The position numbers and the translations under genes are program-made. The notes below the pieces were generated by a model that had not been told where the DNA came from, did not search any database, and worked only from the letters and a program-made list of their open reading frames with translations. A stretch of 64,000 nt of DNA from Camelus ferus (taxonomy: Eukaryota), in the NCBI RefSeq assembly GCF_009834535.1, contig NC_045697.1, positions 80,478,001 to 80,542,000 of the forward strand, given 5' to 3'. Positions 52,680 through 64,000 of the stretch are shown here, piece after piece (the first letter of the stretch is position 1; each line of letters opens with the position of its first letter).

Positions 52680-53149
52680 AGGTGTGTCTTCTTATGCTAA
52701 GAGATTATAATGAGAAAACCACATGAACATGAAGTAAATCATAAATAGAGGTAGCCCTATCTTCCTTGGAGACGGGTTGGAAGCGAGTTTGGAACAGGTG
52801 TACACCATCAACAAAAGATGAAGTCATGAGAGAGAACATTCGAGTGATGTCCCAGAGGGAGAAGTGGAACCTCTATGCTCACAAGCGTCTGAGAATGGCA
52901 CAAACCTGTTGTTTTTTCTACTGATTTCAGTTGAAGTCAGGGAAATAAATAAATCATGTACGCACATATGCACATCATTAGAACCACTGCTGGGAAAGAA
53001 CCTTGCACTGGGAAACTGCGGGAGGTCATTTTTCTGGTTGTCTGTGTAAGGTGGCTTTAGATCCAGACTATTGTAGCAGTCTGGGCTCTGGATCACTCTC
53101 CTGGCTCTAATTAACACGTGGAATCTGGATACGTCCCTCACATATAATG

Positions 53150-53360
53150 ATTCCACTTCTATTAGATTTCTTTCAGTAATAGGAAGCATGGTGTCTTCCA
53201 AGTCTACCACGTTCCACTGAAGGCAGAACTAATTGCTAGAAAGTTCTTGCTTATATTGAGCTAAAATTTGCCTCTCAGTAATTTCAACCTGTTAGTCCTA
53301 GGTTTGCTTTAGAGTCACTTATGACAGTTTCAAAAACACTTTAATCTATTCATGAGCTCC
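53150..53360 (-). mobile_element. L3/CR1 fragment
   Basis: 'ctaattgctagaaagttcttgcttatattgagctaaaatttgcctctcagtaatttcaacctgttagtcctag' is a typical reverse CR1/L3 segment. Confidence 0.75.
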
Positions 53361-53680
53361 AAGGAGTTTCAGCTAACACTTCTTATAATGTGTTTAACAA
53401 TGATATGCCTCTTAGCCTGTACTTCTGTTATTAAGAGTAATAAATAATAATAAACTTCTACTATTTATAGTAATAATAATAATATTGTATTATTATTTGT
53501 TATTATGCACACATCACTTTATATTTTATAAACAAATAGGAACAACAACTTTCCCTGGGTCTCTCCAGGCTTGAGAGTAAGTATGAGGAATTGAAAGGAG
53601 AAGGGAGGATTACCTCATTATTTGATTTCAGACGGTTTATTGTTTGTTGTTCTGTTAACCACCTACAGCCAAAGGATGAA

Positions 53681-53713
53681 GTGAGACTCAGGTGAGAGTC
53701 AGGTGAGACTCAT
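53681..53713. repeat. 11-bp tandem repeat x3 (gtgagactcag)
   Basis: directly visible. Confidence 0.9.
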
Positions 53714-56666
53714 GAGGGATTTGTCAAGTTTAAGGAAATGAGTGACATATATTTTTAAACAGTATAATTTGTGAAAAATCAGTTTTGCCTTTTACTGCCT
53801 TGCTTTGATTTAGTCCAAACTTCTCTCTTTTAGGAAATTAAGGCCCTATACAAATGGTTGCTCTAAGAGAACATAGCTCTCCTACAAAGTTCTCATGTTT
53901 CTCATCCTGCAAAATCATTTAAAAAACCAAAAAATTAAGGACTTGGATCTTAGTAATACAATTTTGGGGGGTTTTTCCCTCTGTAGAGGATATACACCAG
54001 CAATGTGAAGCTTCTATCTATTTTTCTTCCACTTATGTATTAAGATTGGTTTTCTCATTAAGAGAAAGGTAGTAAAGTAAATAAAATGAAGTTATCAATA
54101 TTTTCTATGAAACAGGCATTTATTCTCTTTTCACACACAATTGTAGGAAGTTCACTCAGTAACACTGGTTTAATTCTTGATTCCTGGAGAATTTCTAAGA
54201 CAACACATACTGTGAGTGTGAGGTGAGAACTAGGTGAATGGTTTTAATGTGGCAAATTCGATCATATTGCTCATTATTTATTAGGCATATTCATATCTTA
54301 AAGGATATGACAAGGTTTTAAAAAGACTTAATAAACAGTAATAGTAGCAATATCAATAATACATTTTGTAAGATAAAGAGATATTAGAACATTTAAACAG
54401 TAGCTGAAATCTATAGGTTCAAGTTCCTTCACTCCGTGAAATTAAAAGGTTTTGGAAGTCAGATTTCAGAAATTCATATTTTGCATGTATTTAGTGTGCA
54501 AAATACTTTTTAGTGTAAGAGAAAAGACAAGCACTGACAGACGAAATTTTCAAAGATTTACGTGGCAGTATTTCACGAGCATGTGCAGCATCAAAATCAG
54601 CTGATGAAATGTCTCAGCTCAACTGGCAGCTTACAAAAAGATTTTAAAGAAAAATGTCAAAAGAGAAAGATGTTTTAAAGGGCAAATAAATTATGAAGTA
54701 AATTAGTATTAATAACAAGTTATAAGGAAATTAGAATATTTCCATATTGATTTAAAAAACCCCAAGATTTATTTAAAAATTTTAAAGGAAACAAAATAAT
54801 TCATGGTGGAAAAAATGGCCAAATGATGTTTAGAGAGAAAAGAAGGACTATAATGTATTAATAATCTGAAGTGTATTGAAACTCTAACTTTGTTTTTAAT
54901 AGGAAGAGCTAGGTGAAATTTAGAGGTAGAATTAGGTAACTCAAAATAGCTATGGTTTCTTTAAAGTTACTAGTCAACTTAAGACAATTTAAAATAATTC
55001 AATATAGTAACTAAAATTGCCCTGTAACAGCCTATTAGGTATTTAATAAATGTATCAATGCTCAGAGTTAGTAGGATATAATTTATTAAACTACTTTTTG
55101 CTTAGAAGAATTAATGCAGTTTAATAGAAAATGGTGATTCATTTCTTTTGTTCATAAGTACTTAAATCTTACATTAATTTTACTTACAAAAGTGATCATA
55201 AACATAAAAGTATTGATAATTCAGGCAAATAGAAATAATATAAATATTTAATAATTCATAATCTACAGAGCAGAGCCTTGCTTACAGTTTTATCATGCAT
55301 AGTAATAATGTGAATCCACTGAAAATTAGTTAATATCCTGCCAGTGTATTACTTTTTCCACTAGGAAATATAGCAAGACAAACTTTTGAGCTGCAAACAC
55401 ATTTCCTTATTTAATAGTAATAGTTGTAATTTGTTCTGGAACTATAATTCAAGCAAACATTATATGATTATGTGATTATAATTAAATATAAAAATATATA
55501 CAAAGATAGTTGTGAACCTGGTAATAGTAAATAAAGTTATCTATTGTTGAAATATGATCACTACCTTTGACTGTAGGTAAAAATACAAATTTCAGTCAGT
55601 AGTCTTTTTCACTCTTTTTTTAGGTTGGAACTTAAATGGCAATTTGGAACAGCACATCCTAATATGAAAGTTTGCTCAAAGACTTTTTTAAAGATAGGAA
55701 CACAGAACTAACAGGAGTTAATATTAAATTTCAGGGAGTGGGTTTGCTTAGTTTTTAGAGATATTAAATACATTATGTATTTATTGAAAGTTGAGGAAGG
55801 AAAGGTAAGTGTGAGAAGGAGAAAAGAGACAGAGGAGTAGGAAATAAAGAAATGGCAGGAGAAACAGTAGCAGTGGTGGAGTAGGGCAGGGCAGAGAATC
55901 AGGACAGGCACTGAAAAGATAAGAACAACAGAAAGGGATCTGAAGGGAATCTATGTTTTCTTAGTCAAGTATTATATAATCAGAAAGCCATACATGCATA
56001 TATACATGCCTCTTTGTTTATATTTATTAGCAATTTTGGTTAGAATTGAGTTTGAATCATGATTATTAAACATGAATCAGTTGTGAATGAAATGCATATA
56101 CAGATTTAATTGCACTGACCACTCAATATATCATTCACATTGCCTCAGTTTCATGATTTAATTTTAAAGAAATTGGATTTAAATAATTAAAAATTAGTTA
56201 CATACAGCTTCAATCAGTTGAAAGAAACCAGTTGGCAAGACGCCTGGTGACAGTCATCTGTGACATGTAATGGGGGAGATGTTTATTTAGGTCCCACTAA
56301 TTCCCACAGGCTGGTTAACATGGTAGGAAAAAAGATTTAAAATACTGAATGATTATATTAGAACTTTTTTGTTCTGTATTCAACATTAATTTAATGCTTC
56401 AGTGTGCAAGACACTTTGCTAGGAATATATTGGTTTTATCACTGGATTTGGGTAAATATCTGGGAGTGGAATTGCTGTGTCATAGGGTAAGCACACAGTA
56501 GACATTCCTACTGTCAGCCAAAAGTAAATAATGCAGGAGACTGCAGATAAGAAAAGACTTTATTTGGGGTCTTAATGAAATTGTATAGAAGCCCCCTATA
56601 TCCTCATCTTTTGAAGTGAAAGGCTTTTGCTTTAGTCTCTCAGGCCTCCCTCTGAGTCTCACATTA

Positions 56667-57188
56667 TGGTTCAAGAGTTAATAATCAGGAAATGTGAACA
56701 TATAGAAACAAAGAATAGCTGTTGGTTGTGGAAACTGGTAACAATCTAGACTATAAATCAACCACATAGCAGAGTCGCCAAACTCCCAGTTCCCTGAAAG
56801 ATACAGATAAAGGTCTGACACACATTCCTAAGCTGTTTTTACAAAAACCAAACCCTCAACAGGTGGAAATTGCTGGCCAAAAATATGTAGACCCCTGACC
56901 AGTTGAAACTAGAAGATTGATGATGCTCAAAACTTCACCTGAATGTCAACCGATCTGAGAACTGAGCACAAGCTGATTGTGTACCCTGCAGCCACCTCCC
57001 TCACACTGCCTTTGAAAACCCTTCCCTGAAAACCACTGGAGAGTTCAGGTCTTTTGAATACAAGCTGCCCATTCTCCTTGCTTGGTGCTTTGCAAATACA
57101 CACTGTATTTTCTTTCACTACAACCCAGTGTCAGTAGAATGGCCTTGCTGCACTTCAGGTGAGCGGACCCAAGTTTAGGCTCAGGAAT
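56667..57188 (+). mobile_element. ERV1-class solo LTR
   Basis: 'gagttaataatcagg...ctccctcacactgcctttgaaaacccttccctgaaaacc...ggtgagcggacccaagttt' typical ungulate ERV1 LTR; ends approximate. Confidence 0.85.
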
Positions 57189-58362
57189 GTTAGGAATCGC
57201 AGTTAGGGAGACACGGATTCAGGTAACCCTAATGGAAGGAAACTGGTGTAGTCACTGTAGTCAGTAATGGCAATGACAATGACTCTGATCTCTGCTCTAG
57301 CAGCTTCATGATTGCTTTTAGGTTGACAATGAAGAAATAGAGACAGTAAAAATGTATCAATTTTGCTGACAAGGATGGCTTCCTGTTTGAAACATGGTTC
57401 ACTGGAAGAAGCAGAGGAGAACCCCATAGGCTCAGAGGATTTGAGAGAAGTCCACAGAAACAAGTAGTAGACATGTTGAAAGGATTGAAAGACATTTGTT
57501 GGCTGAGGACTGGAAGGTAGGATTGGAACAAGCAGCCTAAATATTGCTTTTGGTGTTTGCTCTCTCTTCTAGGCAAAGGAAGAAAGGGTCTAGGCATTCC
57601 TGAAATTGGGCTATAGGTGGTAGAGAATGTTAGAAATCTCTGTTGCTCTCCTCTACACTAGATGAGACAGAGCAGGAATCCCCAAAGCTGGGCTTTATAT
57701 AGGTCAGAAACAGTAGAAGTTACTTTGTTTATTGCTCTATCCTCCAAACAGGAGGGGAAGCATTGATTTAGTTCCCAAAACTAAAACAAGGTTATGGGCA
57801 TTGCAGCTGTTGAGCTGTTTGAACTTGAAAGAAGATAGAGCTCACTTATTTGTATGGAAACACTTTGTCTGCTTCTCCTGATGGCCCATTCCCCTTCTGC
57901 TTGGATTTCGGCTGCCTTAAGGTTTAGGAGTGGTGCTCAGGACTTCTTAACACCAGCAGATAGGGGTAGCTCTATACACCCATCCCTTTCTGCTAGGGAA
58001 CTTCAGGAGGAGAGGGATTCAAACGTTAATATGTTGGCACAGGTGTCTATGTGCCTAGCGCAAGGGCAGGAAGGGTGTGGGGCTAAGAGATGGATAATAA
58101 AGGTGCCAAGAATGTAAAATATGGAGCCATAGTTCTACGTGAGAGGACAGGAAGAAACAGTCTAGCCACAGCCCAGGTGCTGGGAGGTCCACAGGCATGG
58201 AGCCAAAGGAAAAAAACATAAGGGAAGAATCTCTCCACTGATCCCTCTCACCTCGCCTGTCACTGCAGCCACTTCTCCCAGCACTGAGATAATAGCTTAC
58301 GCCGGCATCTGTGACTGTAATCTTTGAAATGCTAGTTAACCCTTAGGACTTTGAGCAAAACT

Positions 58363-58831
58363 TGAAGAAAAGAAAAACAAGTTTAACAAAAAGACTGTAC
58401 ATTTTATTTTTACATATACATGGGCACCGTCCTAGGAAAATAAAGATCCAGAGAAGCAATTAGAGCTGAATGCTTATGTCCTAGGTTGGACAAAAGATGG
58501 TAAATTGTGAGGGCATGACAAGGCGGAGGGGTTTGGGCTAGGGTAGTGAGTTGTGGAAAAGTGACTAGAAAGATGAGGGTTAGTTTAACAAGTTACTTTG
58601 TAAAGATTTCTCTCAGCCTTGACTTTCTGTCTCTGGTGATAAGAACATCTTTTTTCCTCTTGGTATAGAGAGGGCACCTTTCACCTGGGATTTTTATCTC
58701 CTCCTTTCTGGTAGAAAAAAGAAGGTCAAAGTGCTGCTTGATCTGCTGTTTTCAAAGTGCCTTTTACTCACTCAAAACAACCAATATGCCAAGGGGGCAT
58801 ATTTTGGGGTGACATGCTCTGAACCCCTATG
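58363..58831 (-). mobile_element. ERV1 LTR (MER34/MER31-like)
   Basis: terminal 'caatatgccaagggggcatattttggggtgacatgctctgaacccct' is the reverse of the MER34-group start. Confidence 0.8.
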
Positions 58832-60199
58832 TTTTGTTGCTATTAAATCTGAATGTGTAGTAGAAATTAATGTAGGTGTTATATGCTTAAAATTCCCTCC
58901 TCCTAGGTGCTAGAGATTGATTATTCCAAGCAGGAAAATCTTAAAATAGAGAAATGTTAGTGGGACATGTATGAGAGACGGGATGGGTCTCCATGACTAG
59001 TGAGTTATGCTACCATTTTTGTTGAAAAGGAGCCTCTGGAAGTTCTGGTGATGGTGACATGAGAAGATACAGTTTTAGATTATTAAGTAAAATCAAGGTT
59101 TTGTTTTATTTTTTTAACTTTGGTTATAAGAACATTCTTTCTCATAGTTTAGGTGTTCAGTTCAAAGTATTTCCCAGTCATTCACAACTCAAAGCTGAAG
59201 AAACTTTAATTCTTAAAGTATTATTTCCAGAGAGATTAATATGTCATTTTGAAAATTGTTTTTAGATTTTTATTCTGAAAGATAAATTTTACTTTTATTT
59301 GATTCATTTGATAAGATGCTCTTCACTTATAATTATCACCCAAAGAATTTCTCCAAAGAGTAAATACACAGACATTTTTAATGAGCATATGTTATTTCCT
59401 TGAAACTTTTCAGTTGTTGGGATTTATTTTATCCAAAATTGGATAACCCAATTGACAATGAATATTAAAGGATTGTAGCAAATTTTAGAGGAAAGAGATT
59501 TCAAATCATAGATATGAAATGGAAAATCAAGTAAATATGGTCAAGTATGACTAAATCTCAAGGACAATATTTTGGTGGCATGTGTTTTATAATGTCATAT
59601 CTGATCAATGAGTCAATGGACTTCACAAAGAAGTTACAATCACTAAAATGCTTAAGAAAAACTTACCTTTAAAGAAGTAGAATTCTTCCTCTGCCAAGTT
59701 GTAGAGCTTTGTAATAAGATACTCAAGGATGTGAGATATAGTCCATTTGGCTTCATAATTCTATGAAGACATAGAGATTTATTTGTTATTTATATATTTC
59801 CCTTTTATGGCTTGCTACAAAAATCATTTACAATTTGAATTCCCATTTCTCCTTTCTGGAAACTCTCAAACTACTGTATTCCGTTATATTCAAAGTAATG
59901 TCAGAATAATTTTCTACCCTGTTAAGTAATAAAGATTATATAAATAAAATTTGCTCTCAATTTTGTGTGAGTTTTGCTTGGCTTTTGCTATAACACTCTG
60001 TTCCTGTAACTATACATTATTCAAGTTAGTTTTTTCTAATGCCAGAAATTTCTGCTTTTCACATTATTGCTATTATTATGAGGAGTCCTATTAGGGATGA
60101 CCAGTTCTATTTGTCAACAATGAAATTTCTATACAACATTGGAAAATGGAAACCCAAGTAAATGTAGCTGAACATATGGATATTTGTGATTATTTTATC

Positions 60200-60850
60200 T
60201 ATTCACTCAAAATATACATATCTATATATATATATATAGAATGCTGACTGTAAGCCAGGCATTGTTTTATATACTGGCAATACAGATGTAATAGAGCAGA
60301 CAAACTATTTTCTTAAGAAGCTTATACTCTAGTGGGAGGAGCCAGAGAACAACTAAAATATGTAAGTAAAATATGAAATATATTAAAGGGTGATAAGTCT
60401 ATGGAGAAAGATTAAATAGGGAAGCAGAGTGGGGGACAGAAGGGTGTTTGGTTATTTAACTGATGGCTGTGTCTCCCAGGAGCATGTGCACTACCTGAAG
60501 ACTGGGACTCTGATTTTGCTTGCCACCATATCCCAGCATAAATCATTATGTGTGGCATGTATCAAATGTTGAATGAATGGATGGGTAAACTTGGTATTGA
60601 ATAAACTCTCCCCTTATCTTGATCTACTCTTTCTTTTTCATGCTACTTTAAAGTATATAATTTACTTATCAGTTAGATTTATTATTTATTGTCTGTGTCA
60701 CTCAGCTAGAATGTAACCTGTACAAGCAATAAGAATTTTTATCCATTTTTGTCCACTGGACACTGGATCCTACTGGATCCCAAGCACCCAGAACACTGCC
60801 TGACAGGCAGGAAGTAGGATTTAATAAATATTTGTTGAATGAATGAATTT
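60200..60850. mobile_element. Cluster of L2 3' ends in both orientations
   Basis: 'gaatgctgactgtaagccaggcattgttt' (-) and 'taataaatatttgttgaatgaatgaat' (+). Confidence 0.75.
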
Positions 60851-62306
60851 TAATAAGTAATTTCACTAAGAGGAAACAATGAAGTTTCTAACTTCTGACA
60901 CAGAATTTTGTTTGCTACTTCCAGCAAGCCAGCTTCTCCCTACCAACAATACACATTCTGATTGCTATTGATAAATTCACAATGTGTGTACCCAAGAATT
61001 CTAGGAATAAAATGCTTAAGAAGCTAATCCTGATGCCAAATTCATGTTCCTTGGAAAATCAAATGTTGCAATGTATTAACTGTCTACTTATTCAACTATC
61101 AAAGGTTTTTAAAAGGGGTCTGGTCAAGAAAACTGTAACATTCACTCAATTTTTAGAAAAGTGAGGGGAAAAGCATGTTAATACACATGAAACAAGACTT
61201 GACAGCCCTGGGGTGGATATTTTCACTGACTGAAAGACACCACAGAGTTTTGTTTTTTCATTTGAGTAAAATGATTTAGATCCTTTCCCATCCAAGATAC
61301 ATAAACCATAGTCACAATTTATTTTCTGACAAAGCTAGGGGGAATACTCATATTTCAGTCCAGGAGTTTCCTTTGTTATCCTAATAAAAAGATCAGAGGT
61401 TTTAAAGAGGTGCGATTTACACTTGAAAAAGGCACAGGCAGCTCTAGAAAGGCAATCTGAGGATCGCAGTTCAGAAAATGACACTGAAAATTAATGCCCC
61501 CATGTGAACATAGTTTTAATGATTAAGGCACAAAAGTCAAGAGTACAGTATTTTCGTTCCTGGACATCTTTAAATACCTAGTGATTTGCTGACAGCATTT
61601 TGGAAATATTTCTGTTCATTATTTATGTATGACTATTACTTTAGACTTAAGTTTCTTAAGGGCAAGGCAGACTTCTCTTAAATCACAGCCTACCCAGAGC
61701 CATGTGCAGGGGGCAGGTACTCTCTTAAAAACAATGAATAACATCCATGAAACTATTTCCAGGTAGAAGACTGTGGGCTAATTTATTTTCATTGAGAAAG
61801 GTATGGTCATTTTATAGAGAACTTAAAAATCACATCATATTACATAATACCTACTGGGCTCAAATGTGAGTTAATGTTCTTAATCCTAATTTGCTTCCTT
61901 GCTCCTTTTTGTCTCCTAGAAGAGTCTATGTTTACACTAACAATTTCCAAAATCTGTTCCACACTTTGCCTAGTCCTGTGTAGTGTGCTACAGACAAGGG
62001 TTTTATGGTGAAGTAAATTAGAAAATACTGTATAAAAATTTCCTTCTGTTAGAGATTTACAAAGCAAACTACAATTTTTGAAACTTTAAGTCTGCACAAA
62101 ATGACCCCTTTAGCCATGCTGAACTCCGCATTTCCTGAACTTGTTTTTCCTTGGAACTCTTTTTCAATGTAAGAATAACTCTATCTTTTGAATTGTAAGA
62201 TACCATCTTTTTAAAGTCACCTCATTATTTTATGTGCCACTAAGAAAGGAAAACACTGACAGCATGCCTTTGATTTTTAAGACCCATTCAAATATACAGC
62301 TGATGT

Positions 62307-62776
62307 AGACATTTTTCCAAAGAAGAAATGCGGATGGTCAATAGGCACATGAAAAGATGCTCAACATTGCTAATCATCAGGGAAATGAAAATTAAAACCA
62401 TAATGAGATATCACTTCACACTTGTCAGAATGGCTATTATCAAAAAGTCTACAAATAAATGTTGGCAAGGGCATGGAGAGAAAAGAGCTGTTGTACACTG
62501 TTATTGGGAATGTAAATTGGTGCAGCCACTGTGGAAAAGAGTATGGAGGTTTCTCAAAAAACTAAAAACAGAACTATCACATGACCCCACAATTCCACTC
62601 CTGAGAATATATCTGGAAAAAAACCCAAAAACACTAATTTGAAAAGATACATGCATCCCAATGTTCACAACAGCATTATTTACAATTGCCAAAACATGGA
62701 AACAGATGAATGGATATATATATATATATGATCTTCTTTATCCATTCATCTGTTTCCATACATATATATATGTATG

Positions 62777-62812
<36 letters not shown>

Positions 62813-63262
62813 TATACATATATATATACACACATACACACACACACACACATAGATTACTACTCAGCAATAAAAAAGGACAAAATTTTGCCATTTGTGG
62901 CAACATGAATGGAGTTGGAGGGCATTATGCTAAGTTAAATAAGTCAGGCAGAGAAAGATAAATAGTGTATGATATCACTTATATGTGGAATCTAAAAAAT
63001 ACAACAAACTAGTGAATATATCAAAAAAGAAGTAGACTCAAAAATAGAGAACAAACTAGTGGTTACTAGTTGTGGGGAGGGGGAGTAAAGGGGTAGGAGA
63101 GTGGGAGGTACAAATTTTGGGGCGTAAGACAGGCTCGAGGAAGTATTGTACAACACGAGGAATATAGCCAATATTTTGTAATTGTAAATGGAAAGTAACT
63201 TTTAAAAATTATATAAAAGTAAAAAAAAATTTAATAAAAAATTTAAAAACTATAAAGAATAA
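62307..63262 (+). mobile_element. 5'-truncated L1 (ORF2 cysteine-rich C-terminus, 3'UTR and A tail)
   Basis: ORF 62328-62642 '...[38 protein letters not shown]...' is L1 ORF2p; degraded TSD atacagctga/atacagttga near 62294 and 63265. Confidence 0.97.
62715..62852. repeat. (TA)n/(CA)n microsatellite expansion inside L1
   Basis: directly visible. Confidence 0.95.
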
Positions 63263-64000
63263 CCATACAGTTGACAAAACACAAACTCAGGAAGTAGTAC
63301 TTTATCCTATGTAATGAAATGGAAATATATATTCTACACGTGAAATATTAGAAGTTAAAAAACTTAAATTATTTTTGTTCATTTTAGTAATTTCTATAAT
63401 AGTCCATCAATTCTTTTATGGAGTTCCATAAACTGTGAGAAGCTGTCCTTTGAATGCTGACATAAATGCACTTAATAGTATGCTACCACACCACCACGTT
63501 CACTTCTTTAATCACAGTTGTAAGTTCACATATCACAGTTCTAGCTCTCTGTGAATTTTCAAGTGTAAATTATGAGGCTTGGAGGCCACATTAGGAGAGG
63601 GCACTTTAAAGAAAACTCCAGGGCTGACAGGAACCACATCAACCCATCCTCACTGAGGACCCATGATAAACCTCATTACATATCACACTCCTTTAATCCT
63701 CCTTATGAGGTTTGCATGTGTGAGTTCCTAACTAGATTCTTAACTACTCCATGTAGGGTCCAGATCTTCATTTCTCTGTATCTCCCCATCATGTTGACTT
63801 TGTATAAGAGTAGGGTCATTATATATCTTATTTATTAACAAGAGAACACTTTTGTCCATGCCATAGACAAGTGGAAACATGTCTTATTTGCAAAATCCAT
63901 ATTATATCACTTAGGTTGTTAGCAAATCATACCTTCAGTTGCCTACTTGTAAAGGTTTTTGTTTGTTAAAGTGAATAATATAATTTTATATAGACGTCAA

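Noticed and set aside
55624..55804. Plus-strand exon with strong acceptor and AAG|GTAAGT donor
   Set aside because: Stops in all three frames and no other support; pseudo-exons of this quality are expected in 64 kb.
62328..62642. 104-aa ORF as a functional gene
   Set aside because: It is the C-terminal fragment of L1 ORF2p in a 5'-truncated, rearranged copy.
233..63838. The ORF track as host protein-coding genes
   Set aside because: ORFs are short (60-154 aa), many overlap TEs or microsatellites or use non-ATG starts, and none resembles a protein I recognise apart from L1 remnants.
1..64000. CRISPR array, operon or other prokaryotic-type system
   Set aside because: No regularly spaced direct repeats with unique spacers and no dense coding; the sequence is clearly mammalian.

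Overview
AT-rich, CpG-depleted placental mammal genomic DNA, either intergenic or deep intronic. It is most likely camelid: a vic-1-like tRNA-derived SINE sits at 47333-47472, and I saw no Alu, BovB, PRE1 or Can-SINE elements. I recognise no intact host protein-coding gene, rRNA, genuine tRNA or CRISPR array; the only ORFs with recognisable homology are L1 remnants. Much of the window is transposable-element debris: L1 fragments of several ages, L2, L3/CR1, MIR, MaLR (MLT1), ERVL (MLT2, MER21-like, LTR16/33-like, MER74-like), ERV1 solo LTRs and hAT relics, several nested with readable target-site duplications (TSDs). Repeat subfamily names come from my memory of consensus sequences and many boundaries are approximate. 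The best-supported unusual observations are micro-rearrangements visible directly in the sequence: a TSD-flanked polyadenylated composite insert, an inverted 90-bp insert with a 13-bp duplication inside an L1, a 64-bp palindrome split by a tiny L1 insertion, and a template-switch inversion in an L1. More speculative are candidate regulatory modules (RFX, CTCF, GATA/ETS/RUNX) and candidate exons on both strands. I found no convincing evidence of a new biological system.
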